The position numbers were made by a program, and so were the translations under genes. Of a stretch of DNA of 64,000 nt, positions 55,947-64,000 are shown piece after piece. The DNA comes from Kiloniellaceae bacterium (GTDB lineage Bacteria > Pseudomonadota > Alphaproteobacteria > Kiloniellales > J153). The first letter of the stretch is position 1. Every line of letters begins with the position of its first letter. The DNA lies in the NCBI GenBank assembly GCA_046758005.1, contig JBHHZJ010000001.1, forward strand, positions 28,101-92,100, in the 5' to 3' direction. The notes under the pieces were generated by a model, which worked only from the letters and a program-made list of their open reading frames with translations, was not told the DNA's origin and made no database searches.

Positions 55947-57179
55947 GTGCGGGCCCGCGAGGTCATTGATTCGGGTCGACATCGGGTGGCTCCGAACGTG
56001 ACAGGTGCGAGCCGGCGGACCGGCCCGGGAATCCGGCGAATCCATGGACGCCCCGTGCAAGACGCCTCGACCCTCGTAGGAACGAAGTACTGGCACCGGC
56101 TCGACGACGGGCGGGTCCAGTGCGACCTCTGCCCGCGCCTGTGCAAGCTGCGCGAGGGCCAGCGAGGGCTGTGTTTCATCCGCGCCTGCCAGGACGGCCG
56201 GATCGTGTTGACCTCCTACGGGCGATCCAGCGGCTTCTGCGTCGATCCCATCGAGAAGAAACCCCTGTTCCACTTCCTGCCGGGCACTCCGGTTTTGTCG
56301 TTCGGCACGGCCGGCTGCAACCTCGCGTGCCGCTTCTGCCAGAACTGGGACATCAGCAAGTCGCGCGAGATCGACACCCTGGCCGACGAGGCCGCGCCGC
56401 AGGTCGTGGCCCGCGCGGCCAGGGACCTGAATTGCCGCAGCGTCGCGTTCACTTACAACGATCCGGTGATCTTTCACGAGTACGCCATCGACGTGGCCCA
56501 GGCCTGCCGCGAGGCGGGCGTCAAGACGGTGGCGGTGACCGCAGGCTACGTCTGCGCCGCGCCGCGTGCGGAGTTCTACCGCTATATGGACGCGGCCAAC
56601 GTGGACCTCAAGGCGTTCACGGAGCGCTTCTACCACCGGGTCTGCAGCGGCGCCCTGGCCCCCGTCCTCGAAACTCTCGTCTATCTCAAGCGGGAAACCG
56701 AGGTCTGGTTCGAGCTGACCACCCTGCTGATCCCCGGAGAGAACGACTCCGAGGCCGAGCTCGAGGAGATGACGGCGTGGGTCGTGGACAATCTCGGCCC
56801 CGACGTGCCCATGCACTTCACCGCCTTCCACCCCGACTGGAAGATGCTCGACAAGCCGCCGACCCCGCCGGAGACGCTCAAGCGCGCGCGTCGGATCGCG
56901 CTGAAAAACGGGGTCCGGTACGCCTACACCGGCAACATCCGCGACGTCGAAGGGGGCACCACGTGCTGTCACGGCTGCGGGCGGCCCCTGATCGGGCGGG
57001 ACTGGTACGCGCTCACCGCCTGGAGCCTCACCGCGGCCGGCGCCTGCCCGGCGTGCGGCGCGCCCTGCGCCGGGGTGTTCGAGGGGCGTCCGGGGCGCTG
57101 GGGCCAGCGGCGCCTGCCCGTCCACCTCGCCGACTGGGCGATCGAGCGGCCGGCCCGAACCGGGGCGCATCCGGCCTGA
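55947..57179 (+). CDS. AmmeMemoRadiSam-system-type radical SAM enzyme (AmrS-like)
   Basis: VQCDLCPRLCKLREGQRGLCFIR, GFCVDPIEKKPLFHFLPG..VLSFGTAGCNLACRFCQNWDIS, AFTYNDPVIF.EYAIDVA, VAVTAGY, DAANVDLKAF, LLIPGENDS, PMHFTAFHPDWKM, and the C-terminal CHGCG...CPACG. The start is uncertain: GTG at 55947 or GTG at 56055. Confidence 0.8.
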   Translation: MRAREVIDSGRHRVAPNVTGASRRTGPGIRRIHGRPVQDASTLVGTKYWHRLDDGRVQCDLCPRLCKLREGQRGLCFIRACQDGRIVLTSYGRSSGFCVDPIEKKPLFHFLPGTPVLSFGTAGCNLACRFCQNWDISKSREIDTLADEAAPQVVARAARDLNCRSVAFTYNDPVIFHEYAIDVAQACREAGVKTVAVTAGYVCAAPRAEFYRYMDAANVDLKAFTERFYHRVCSGALAPVLETLVYLKRETEVWFELTTLLIPGENDSEAELEEMTAWVVDNLGPDVPMHFTAFHPDWKMLDKPPTPPETLKRARRIALKNGVRYAYTGNIRDVEGGTTCCHGCGRPLIGRDWYALTAWSLTAAGACPACGAPCAGVFEGRPGRWGQRRLPVHLADWAIERPARTGAHPA

Positions 57180-57283
57180 ACCGGGCCCTCGCCGGTTCGC
57201 CGGAGGCGCAAGCTCGCCCGGCCCGGACCGATCCGCGGCGCCAGACGAGACGAGTCACTCGGTTCGATACCTGCGGATGGCCA

Positions 57284-58243
57284 ATGATCGACGCCTCCAA
57301 GACCGGGCCGGTCGGATCGCTCGCCGTGGACGCGGAAGCACTGCGCGGCCACGTGGAGCGGCTCGCCGGCGACATCGGGGAACGCAACGTGTTCCGGCCG
57401 CGCGCGCTGGCCGAGGCCGCCGACTACATCGAGGCGACGTGGCGATCGCAGGGCTACGACGTCACGCGCCAAGGATACGAGGCCCGCGGCGTGCGCTGCG
57501 CCAACCTGGAGGCGACCCGGCGCGGCGAGGGCCGGCCGGACGAAATCCTCCTGCTGGGCGCGCATTACGACACGGTCATGGGGTGCCCCGGCGCGAACGA
57601 CAACGGCAGCGGCGTGGCAGCCCTCCTGGAGCTGTCCCGGCTGCTTGCCGCCGCCGCGCCCGCCGTGACGGTCCGCTTCGTCGCCTTCGTCAACGAGGAG
57701 CCGCCCTTCTTCATGACCGGCGAGCAGGGCAGCACGGTCTACGCCAGGGCCGCCCGCGAGCGCGGCGACGACATCCGGCTCATGGTCTCGCTGGAGACCA
57801 TCGGTTACTACTCCGAGATACCGGGTAGCCAGCGTTATCCGCCCCTGTTCGGGCTGTTCTACCCGGACCGGGGAAACTTCCTCGGCTTCGTCTCCGACTT
57901 CCGCTCGCGCAAAGTCATGCGCCGGGCGGCGGGGATCTTCCGGGCGCGGTCGGACTTCCCGCTCGAGCACGTGGCGACGTTCGGCTTCGTTCCCGGCGTG
58001 ACCTGGAGCGACCATCGGTCGTTCTGGCGGCAGGGCTACCGTGCCTTCATGGTCACGGACACCGCGCCCTACCGGTATCCGTACTATCATAGCCCCGGCG
58101 ATACGCCCGACAGGCTGTCGTATCCCGAATTGACGCGCGTCACCGAAGGGCTGTACCGGACCTTCGACCACATGACGCGGCACGGGCAGCACGGCGCACG
58201 GGGGCCCGTCTCGGAGGACGAAGCAGCGCCGGTCCCGGACTAG
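57284..58243 (+). CDS. M28 family metallopeptidase (no evident signal peptide)
   Basis: [10 protein letters not shown]...[18 protein letters not shown]...[10 protein letters not shown] is the M28 Zn-ligand pattern, followed by [24 protein letters not shown]...D. 319 aa. Confidence 0.8.
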   Translation: MIDASKTGPVGSLAVDAEALRGHVERLAGDIGERNVFRPRALAEAADYIEATWRSQGYDVTRQGYEARGVRCANLEATRRGEGRPDEILLLGAHYDTVMGCPGANDNGSGVAALLELSRLLAAAAPAVTVRFVAFVNEEPPFFMTGEQGSTVYARAARERGDDIRLMVSLETIGYYSEIPGSQRYPPLFGLFYPDRGNFLGFVSDFRSRKVMRRAAGIFRARSDFPLEHVATFGFVPGVTWSDHRSFWRQGYRAFMVTDTAPYRYPYYHSPGDTPDRLSYPELTRVTEGLYRTFDHMTRHGQHGARGPVSEDEAAPVPD

Positions 58244-59145
58244 GATGTTCCTCCGGCGCGCCGTTCCAGCTCGTCGAGGCTCTTCGGCCAATCCTTCTTG
58301 AGCAGGCGCGACAGGGCCCGGTCGGCGAGCAGCCTGCCGCCGGTCTGGCAGCGCGCGCAGTAGTTGGTCTCGTTGGTCGCGTAGCGGATGCGCTGCACCG
58401 GGGCGCCGCAGTGCGGGCACGGCTGGCCGTAGCGCCCGTGGACCGCCATGCCGTCGCGGAAGGCGGTCACCTTCTCCGGAAACCCCTCACCGGTCTCGGC
58501 GCGCAGCCGTTCGATCCAGTCCGCGAGCGTTTCGCGCGTCGCCCGGTACAGGCGTTCGACCGCCTCGTGCGAAAGGGTCTGCGTCATGGCCACCGGCGAC
58601 AGCCGCGCCCGGTGCAGGATCTCGTCGGAATAGGCGTTGCCGACGCCGCTGAACAGACGCGGATCGGTGAGCGCCCGCTTGAGCGTGTGGTTGGCACCCG
58701 CGAGCGCGGCGGCGAAGGCTCCAAGGTCCACCTCGAGAATCTCGATCCCGCCCGGATCATGGGCGCCGAGCGCCGCCTCGCCCTCGACGACGTGGAGCGA
58801 GGCGCGCTTCTTCGATCCGGCCTCGGTGAGCACGAGCGTTCCGTTCGCAAAGTCGAACGCGGCGAGCGCGTGCCTGCCCGCCAGCTCGGCCCCGGGCGCG
58901 CGCCAGTGCAGGCGGCCCGCGATCATGAGGTGCAGGACCAGCCACAGCTCGTCCTCCAGGCCGATCGCGATGCGCTTGCCGAGACGGCGCAACTCCCTCA
59001 CACGCTTGCCCTTCACGGCGGAGACGGGCGGCCTCGCCGTGCGCAGCAGGAACGGGCTGCGCACGCGCACGTCCGCCACCGGCCGGTCGAGGATACGCGC
59101 CTCAAGGGCCTCGATGTAGACCGTGATGTCGGGCAACTCGGGCAT
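58240..59145 (-). CDS. Fpg/Nei family DNA glycosylase / AP lyase
   Basis: The MPELPD N-terminus carries the catalytic Pro2 and Glu3. H2TH region ([26 protein letters not shown]). C-terminal zinc finger CPHCG....CARCQ. Its stop overlaps the M28 stop (convergent). Confidence 0.85.
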   Translation of the reverse strand: MPELPDITVYIEALEARILDRPVADVRVRSPFLLRTARPPVSAVKGKRVRELRRLGKRIAIGLEDELWLVLHLMIAGRLHWRAPGAELAGRHALAAFDFANGTLVLTEAGSKKRASLHVVEGEAALGAHDPGGIEILEVDLGAFAAALAGANHTLKRALTDPRLFSGVGNAYSDEILHRARLSPVAMTQTLSHEAVERLYRATRETLADWIERLRAETGEGFPEKVTAFRDGMAVHGRYGQPCPHCGAPVQRIRYATNETNYCARCQTGGRLLADRALSRLLKKDWPKSLDELERRAGGTS

Positions 59146-59274
59146 GTGGCCGAGGAGCTTCGCACGGCGCCGGCGGAGCCTCAATATGCTTGACCGAGCC
59201 TGCCTGCGCCCGGATCATGCGCGGCCGGCAGGACAATCGGGCCGCAGAAGCCCGCAGCAAGGCAGGGGAGCAGC

Positions 59275-59808
59275 GTGCCTTCGGGGACATCGTCCTTCGC
59301 GCAATCGGCGGCGTGGGCGGGCAGAACGAGCGCCCGGCTGAATTGGGTCGTGGAGCGCATCTGCGCCCTCCTCGCGGCGGTGCTGGTATTGGACGTCTGG
59401 CTCGGCGTCCTGGTCCGTTACGTCATTCCGGTCCAGCTCACCTTCACGGAGGAAGCCGCGCGCTACCTGATGATCTGGACCGCGTTGCTGGCCGTATCCT
59501 GCGGCATCGCGCGGCGCGAGCACATCGGCGTGCTGCTCGTCTTCGAGGCCCTGCCGGTCGGGCCCCGCCGGGTGCTGCTCGCAGCCCTCGACCTGCTGGC
59601 GCTCGGCTTCTTCGCCTATCTGCTTTACTACGGCATCGGTTTCACGGTGAGCGGCGCCAGCCGCTTCTCCATGATCTACGGCATGAGCAAGGCGCTGCCG
59701 TTTGCCGCCGTGCCTGCGGCGGCGGCGCTGGCTTGCATCCAGATCGCCTTGGCGGGGATCCGCGACCAGTCGAGCCTCGCCATAACCGGCGCGGAGGCGC
59801 GTTCGTGA
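59275..59808 (+). CDS. TRAP transporter small permease (DctQ family)
   Basis: GTG at 59275, 4 nt after AGGGGAG. Four TM segments. WVVERICALLAAVLVLDVWLGVLVRYV...EEAARYLMIWTALL is typical of DctQ. Confidence 0.8.
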   Translation: MPSGTSSFAQSAAWAGRTSARLNWVVERICALLAAVLVLDVWLGVLVRYVIPVQLTFTEEAARYLMIWTALLAVSCGIARREHIGVLLVFEALPVGPRRVLLAALDLLALGFFAYLLYYGIGFTVSGASRFSMIYGMSKALPFAAVPAAAALACIQIALAGIRDQSSLAITGAEARS

Positions 59809-61085
59809 GCGCGGTCGCGATCACGTTCTTCGCGCTGCTGCTCATCGGCATGCCGGTCGGCTATGTCCTCGGCATCGCCGGCGTCATCGGGATCGCGCAG
59901 ATCGGCGGGGAGAAGTTCCTGGCCATGGCGCCGGCGCGCTTCTTCGCCGGGCTCGACCTCTTTCCCTTCCTCGCCATGCCGTTCTTCATCCTGGCGGGCG
60001 AGATCATGAACCGCTCGGGGATCACCGAGCGGTTGGTCGGCCTGGCTGACGCCCTGGTCGGCTGGCTGCGCGGCGGCATGGCGCACTCGAACATGGTCGC
60101 CTCGGTGTTCTTCGCCGGCATCACCGGGGCGGCGACCGCCGACGCCGCGGCCTTCGGCAACACGCTGGTGCCGGCGATGGTCCGGCAAGGATATTCGCGG
60201 CCGTTCGCCTGCGCGGTGACGGCGGCCGGGTCGATCATCGGACCGACCATCCCGCCCTCGACGCTGATGGTGATCTACGGCTCGATCATGGGCGTCTCGA
60301 TCGCCGGCCTGTTCGCCGCCGGCGTCCTGCCGGGCCTTTTGATCTGCGGCCTGTGCATGCTCGTCATCGCCGCGCTCAGCAAGCCCCTCAACCTGCCCAA
60401 GTCGGACAAGCGGCCGAGCCTGGGCTACCTCGTGCGCGCCTTCCGCCAAAGCGCGGTCGCGCTCGTTTTGCCGGTGATCGTGCTGGGCGGCATCCTTGGC
60501 GGGATCACAACGCCGACCGAGGCGGCCTCGATCGCGGTGTTCTACGCCCTTGTGGTCGGCGGGCTGGTTTACCGGGCGCTCACCTGGCAGGATCTCCTCG
60601 AGATGCTGATCCGCACCGCGCGGATCACCGGCATCATCTTCCTGATCATCGCCTCGGCCTCGATCCTCGGGTGGTGGATGACCTTCGAGCAGATCCCGCA
60701 GGCGATCGCGGCGGCCTTCCTTGCCATATCGAACGACCCGAACGTGATCATCGGACTGATCCTGCTGTTGCTGCTCGTCATCGGGCTGTTCATGGACATC
60801 AACGCGACCTTGATCATCCTGGCGCCGGTCCTGGCGCCGCTGACGCTGTCGATCGGCATGGAGCCCGTGCACGCGGGGATCATCATCATCCTGGCGCTCA
60901 ACATCTCGCTCATGACGCCGCCGGTCGGCGCCTGCCTGTTCGTGCTCGCCTCAGTCACGGGCGAGCGCCTGGAGGCCATCGCCCGCGCGCTGTGGCCGTT
61001 TCTCGTGGCCGAGGTCGGCGTGCTTCTGATCATCGCCTACTGGCCGGATCTCACGCTTTTCGTGCCCCGGCTTTTGGGGTTCTAA
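59805..61085 (+). CDS. TRAP transporter large permease (DctM family)
   Basis: The GTG at 59805 overlaps the dctQ stop (GTGA). 426 aa. Sequence includes FFALLLIGMPVGYVLGIAG...FPFLAMPFFILAGEIMNRSGITERL...FFAGITGAATADAAAFG. Confidence 0.9.
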   Translation: MSAVAITFFALLLIGMPVGYVLGIAGVIGIAQIGGEKFLAMAPARFFAGLDLFPFLAMPFFILAGEIMNRSGITERLVGLADALVGWLRGGMAHSNMVASVFFAGITGAATADAAAFGNTLVPAMVRQGYSRPFACAVTAAGSIIGPTIPPSTLMVIYGSIMGVSIAGLFAAGVLPGLLICGLCMLVIAALSKPLNLPKSDKRPSLGYLVRAFRQSAVALVLPVIVLGGILGGITTPTEAASIAVFYALVVGGLVYRALTWQDLLEMLIRTARITGIIFLIIASASILGWWMTFEQIPQAIAAAFLAISNDPNVIIGLILLLLLVIGLFMDINATLIILAPVLAPLTLSIGMEPVHAGIIIILALNISLMTPPVGACLFVLASVTGERLEAIARALWPFLVAEVGVLLIIAYWPDLTLFVPRLLGF

Positions 61086-61122
61086 TGGCACATGTCATTA
61101 ATTTAACTGGGGAGACTTGGAC

Positions 61123-62169
61123 ATGAGTTTAATGCACAGGACGTTCCTCGCAGCGACCACCGTAGCCGGGGCCCTCGGCTTGGCCCTTTCGCCCGCGGCC
61201 GCGCAAAAGATCATCAAGATCTCTCACCTCAACCCGGCCGACCCCTTGCAGAGCCATTCGGGGACGATGACGACCGTGTTCAAGTCGCTCGTCGAGGCCG
61301 GCACCAACGGGGCGATCAAGGTCCAGCTTTTCCCCGACGGCCAGCTCGGCAAGGACAACGAGGTGATCCAGCAGGTGCGCGACGGCGTGATCCAGTCGTG
61401 CATCTCCTCGGCCGGCGGCGTGGCCCAGCATTACCCGCTGGTCGGCGTGTTCGACGTCCCCTTCGCGTTTCCCAACATCGCCGTCGCGCACGAAGTCATC
61501 GATCTGGGCAATCCGTTCGGGCAGAAGTTCGCCGCGGACATCGAGGCCAAGACCGGCCTCAAGGTCATCGGCCTGCTGGACAGCGGCGGTTTCTTCGCCC
61601 TGACCAACTCGAAGCGCCCGATCACGAGCGTCGAGGACATGAAGGACCTGCGGATCCGCACCATGACCCTGCCGACGCACGAGGCCATCATCGCCTCGCT
61701 CGGCGGCAAGCCCACGCCCCTGCCGTGGCCGGAGGTTTACACTGCGCTGCAAACCGGCGTCGCCGACGGCCAGATGAACCCGGTCCCGATCATCGCCTTC
61801 GCCAAGTTCGACGAAGTGCAGGAATACTTGAGCCTGACGAACCACATCATCACGCCCTACGTGTGGTTCATGAACAAGGAATTCTACGACGACCTGACGC
61901 CGGACGAACGCTACGTGGTCGACTACGCGGCCCGCGCGGCGGTCGACGCCGGACGCGGCATCTCGCGCCTGATCGAGGCCTCCGACCGCGGCCTGCCGCA
62001 CCTGGCCAAGAAGATGAAGATCAACGCCGTGTCCTCGGCCGAACTGAAGAAGTTCGCCGACGCCGCCCAGCCGGCGGTCAAGCAGCTGATCGCGGACAAG
62101 TTCGGGCAGCAAGGCGTCGACATGCTGAACGCCATGATGGCGGAGATCAAGAAGGCGTCCGCCAAGTAA
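61123..62169 (+). CDS. TRAP transporter substrate-binding protein (DctP family)
   Basis: Signal peptide ...LSPAAAQ, followed by KISHLNPADP..SH...F...VE..TNG.I.VQLFP.GQLG..NE..QQVR.G. GGGGAG lies 8 nt before the ATG at 61123. The gene order is Q-M-P. Confidence 0.9.
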   Translation: MSLMHRTFLAATTVAGALGLALSPAAAQKIIKISHLNPADPLQSHSGTMTTVFKSLVEAGTNGAIKVQLFPDGQLGKDNEVIQQVRDGVIQSCISSAGGVAQHYPLVGVFDVPFAFPNIAVAHEVIDLGNPFGQKFAADIEAKTGLKVIGLLDSGGFFALTNSKRPITSVEDMKDLRIRTMTLPTHEAIIASLGGKPTPLPWPEVYTALQTGVADGQMNPVPIIAFAKFDEVQEYLSLTNHIITPYVWFMNKEFYDDLTPDERYVVDYAARAAVDAGRGISRLIEASDRGLPHLAKKMKINAVSSAELKKFADAAQPAVKQLIADKFGQQGVDMLNAMMAEIKKASAK

Positions 62170-62328
62170 ACGTCGGCGCCCGCGCGCCTGCCCGGCGCCG
62201 CGCCAGGTTCCGGTCAGGGACTCAAGGGACCTCGGGCGGACGCATGGGCCCTTCGGGGGTCGCGCACGGCGGCGGTCCGGATTACCGGTCCCGGGCTTGG
62301 ACCGCCCGGCCCCGGCCAAGCCGTTCGT

Positions 62329-62829
62329 TCACTGGCCCTGGGTCTGGATGTGCTGGGCCAATTCGACGCTCGGCCGGCCGTCGGTCAGGAGCGCGTGTTC
62401 GTTCTGGTACTTGCGGATGGCGCTCGCCGTCTTCGGCCCCATGAGGCCGTCGACCGGGCCGGGGTCGTAGCCCGCCTCGATCAGGCCGGTCTGAATCCGG
62501 GCGATGAGATCCCGGTCCGGCGCGACGCTGTACGATGCCGGGGTGGCGGTGAGCTTCTGCGGGGCCTGCGCGCGGCTCTCGCTCCCGGTGCGGCGCCAGA
62601 ACGGGTCGCCAAGGTTGAGCTTGTTCTCGTCAGTGAGCACGCCGGTCAAGGCGCCGGCCACCGCGCCGAGGGCCGCGCCCTCCACGACGGTCAGCCCGGT
62701 GATCGCGCCCAGAACCGCACCGCCGGCCGCGCCGATACCGGCGCCGCTGACCGTGCGGTCTTCCGGCGTCGTGCCGCAGGCGGCGAGGACGAGCGCCGAA
62801 GCGAATGCGACAGAGCCGAAGCGAACCAT
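62329..62829 (-). CDS. Lipoprotein with an N-terminal glycine-zipper and a C-terminal peptidoglycan-binding (PG_binding_1-like) domain
   Basis: The ATG at 62829 is preceded by GAGGAGGA. Signal plus lipobox: MVRFGSVAFASALVLAAC. Gly-zipper: GAGIGAAGGAVLGAITGL..GAALGAVAGALTG. C-terminal IQTGLIEAGYDPGPVDGLMGPKTASAIRKYQ. Confidence 0.7.
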   Translation of the reverse strand: MVRFGSVAFASALVLAACGTTPEDRTVSGAGIGAAGGAVLGAITGLTVVEGAALGAVAGALTGVLTDENKLNLGDPFWRRTGSESRAQAPQKLTATPASYSVAPDRDLIARIQTGLIEAGYDPGPVDGLMGPKTASAIRKYQNEHALLTDGRPSVELAQHIQTQGQ

Positions 62830-63045
62830 TTGATCCTCCTCGTGTTCCCGGCCGAGCGACGTGGGACGGCTGCGCCATGCCGTGGCGCGCCTCGAATCCC
62901 TCGGCGTGCGTCCCGCCCGCGGCGATCTCGCCGTCCCGTCGAGGCGACCCGCGCAAAACGCCCAATAATATAAAATCTTACGCGCAATCGACCAACCCGT
63001 CCACCAGGGGCATTTTTGTGGCACGGGCCGCGAGCGCGATTCGTC

Positions 63046-64000
63046 CTATGTTTGCGCGCCGGCGAAGACCTTGCCGGTGATCGCCGCGCACAGCCGCTCC
63101 GCCTCGGGGCCGAGCGGGCGCCGCGCGCTGACCGGCGCAAAGACGCCGCGCACGAGCTCGACCAGCGGCTGCAGGCGCGGCGGCGCGGTGCGCCCGGTTA
63201 CGTAGAACGCCTGGCTCGCGGTCGCGGCGAGGATCGCCAGGTTCGCGTCCAGGCAGCGGCCGGCCTCGGCCTCCTTGCGCCAACTGAGGAACGTCGGCAC
63301 CGCCACATCGTTCTGGCCGAAGGCCCCGCCCTCGCTGCCCGGCAGGAAGCTGCGCTGCGCCGCGTGGCGCGCCTGTTCGGCGTAGCCCGCCGCGGTGAAG
63401 CCGAGGCACCCGAGGTAGCCGTCGTTCTCCATCAACTGATGCGGCAGATGCGAGATCTTGCCGTCCAGCATCTTGGTCACGTGCCGGTCGCACAGCAGCG
63501 CCAGGTCGGCCCAGCACGCGGCGAGGTCATCGAGCGCCGGATAGGCCTTGGCGTTGTGATAGCCGCCGTTGGACAGCACGCGGCCGCGCGGATGTTCCGG
63601 GTCCGGCGGGAGAAAGACCGGGTTGTCGGACACCGCGCGCAGGCTGGTCTCGGCCACCTCCTCGGCCGCGCAGAGCGTGCGCCGGGCCTGGCCCAGAACG
63701 CGCGGCAGGATGCGCCAACTCACCGGCGCCTGGTAGGCGCGCCGCTCGGCCCCCGCGCCGGCGAGCCAGGCGCGCAACTCGCGCAGCACGGCCGCCTCGT
63801 GCGGGTCCTCCCAGATCCCGTCCAGCGCCGCGTCGTAGGCCTCGAGCGGCGCCTTGAAGGCCTCAATCGACAGGGCGAAAACCTCGACCGCGAGGCTCAA
63901 GCGGGCGCGGGCGGCCAGCGCCGCGTCGGCCGTCAGCGCCGCCGCGCAGGGGCTGCCATTGACCAGTGCCAGGCTGTCCTTCTCAGCCAGCTGGAAGCGC
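63046..64000 (-). CDS. Aromatic amino acid ammonia-lyase family protein (HAL/PAL-like), C-terminal part; the gene continues past the window end
   Basis: QAPVSWRILPRVLGQAR, LRAVSDNPVF, SNGGYHNA, GF....YAEQARHAA.RSFLPGSEG...QNDV resemble the HAL/PAL C-terminal helical core. The frame stays open to 64000 (...LALVNGSP...). The MIO motif would lie outside the window. Confidence 0.75.
   Translation of the reverse strand, partial: RFQLAEKDSLALVNGSPCAAALTADAALAARARLSLAVEVFALSIEAFKAPLEAYDAALDGIWEDPHEAAVLRELRAWLAGAGAERRAYQAPVSWRILPRVLGQARRTLCAAEEVAETSLRAVSDNPVFLPPDPEHPRGRVLSNGGYHNAKAYPALDDLAACWADLALLCDRHVTKMLDGKISHLPHQLMENDGYLGCLGFTAAGYAEQARHAAQRSFLPGSEGGAFGQNDVAVPTFLSWRKEAEAGRCLDANLAILAATASQAFYVTGRTAPPRLQPLVELVRGVFAPVSARRPLGPEAERLCAAITGKVFAGAQT

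Noticed and set aside
1-64000. A search by eye for tRNA/tmRNA T-arm motifs (GGTTCGAATCC-like), rRNA, CRISPR repeat arrays, IS terminal inverted repeats, integrase/transposase/phage ORFs, toxin-antitoxin pairs and known defence-system genes.
   Set aside because: None found. The nearest tRNA-like string (GGGTCGAACCG around 17912) lacks the surrounding cloverleaf elements. Apart from the few patches listed in the findings, the window is core-genome-like.

Overview
High-GC bacterial chromosomal segment. Hand-counted 60-100 nt samples of ordinary genes give about 70-73% GC. Gene content and order look alphaproteobacterial: plsY'-dprA-topA-rnr, divK-pleD, hdaA-perM-pgsA-DUF2066 divergent from purMN, ndk, and holC-pepA divergent from lptFGD. 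I can support about 58 protein-coding genes, most of them housekeeping. Two CDS fall below the ORF-track size cut-off: rpmG and a 40-aa membrane peptide. I saw no rRNA, tRNA, CRISPR array, transposase or integrase. Many very long ORFs in the track are Arg/Ala/Gly/Pro-rich antisense or off-frame shadows of real genes, as expected at this GC, and I rejected them. The track counts GTG and TTG as starts, so I re-derived many starts from homology, Shine-Dalgarno (SD) sequences and overlaps. The most interesting locus is a lower-GC islet at 39.3-41.2 kb, right after purN. It carries a bona fide CmoA (carboxy-SAM synthase) gene 4 nt upstream of an ICMT/PEMT-type integral-membrane methyltransferase, with no cmoB in the window, behind a roughly 290-nt hairpin-rich leader. 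This is a candidate membrane carboxymethylation system. Other items worth a second look: (1) a clustered YafK-like / Lpp-like / ErfK-like module for outer-membrane tethering to peptidoglycan; (2) a divergent pair of radical-SAM genes (PflX-like and an orphan AmmeMemoRadiSam-type) sharing a 21-bp perfect palindrome, followed by an M28 peptidase; (3) a SixA-type phosphatase gene interrupted by an in-frame TAG just after its catalytic RHG motif; (4) an RNase R gene whose conserved N-terminal domain has no ATG/GTG/TTG start and lies in frame with topA across a single TGA; (5) a low-GC patch in aspS that coincides with one protein domain; (6) a heptamer-repeat hairpin at a convergent gene junction; (7) two AT-rich structured intergenic regions.
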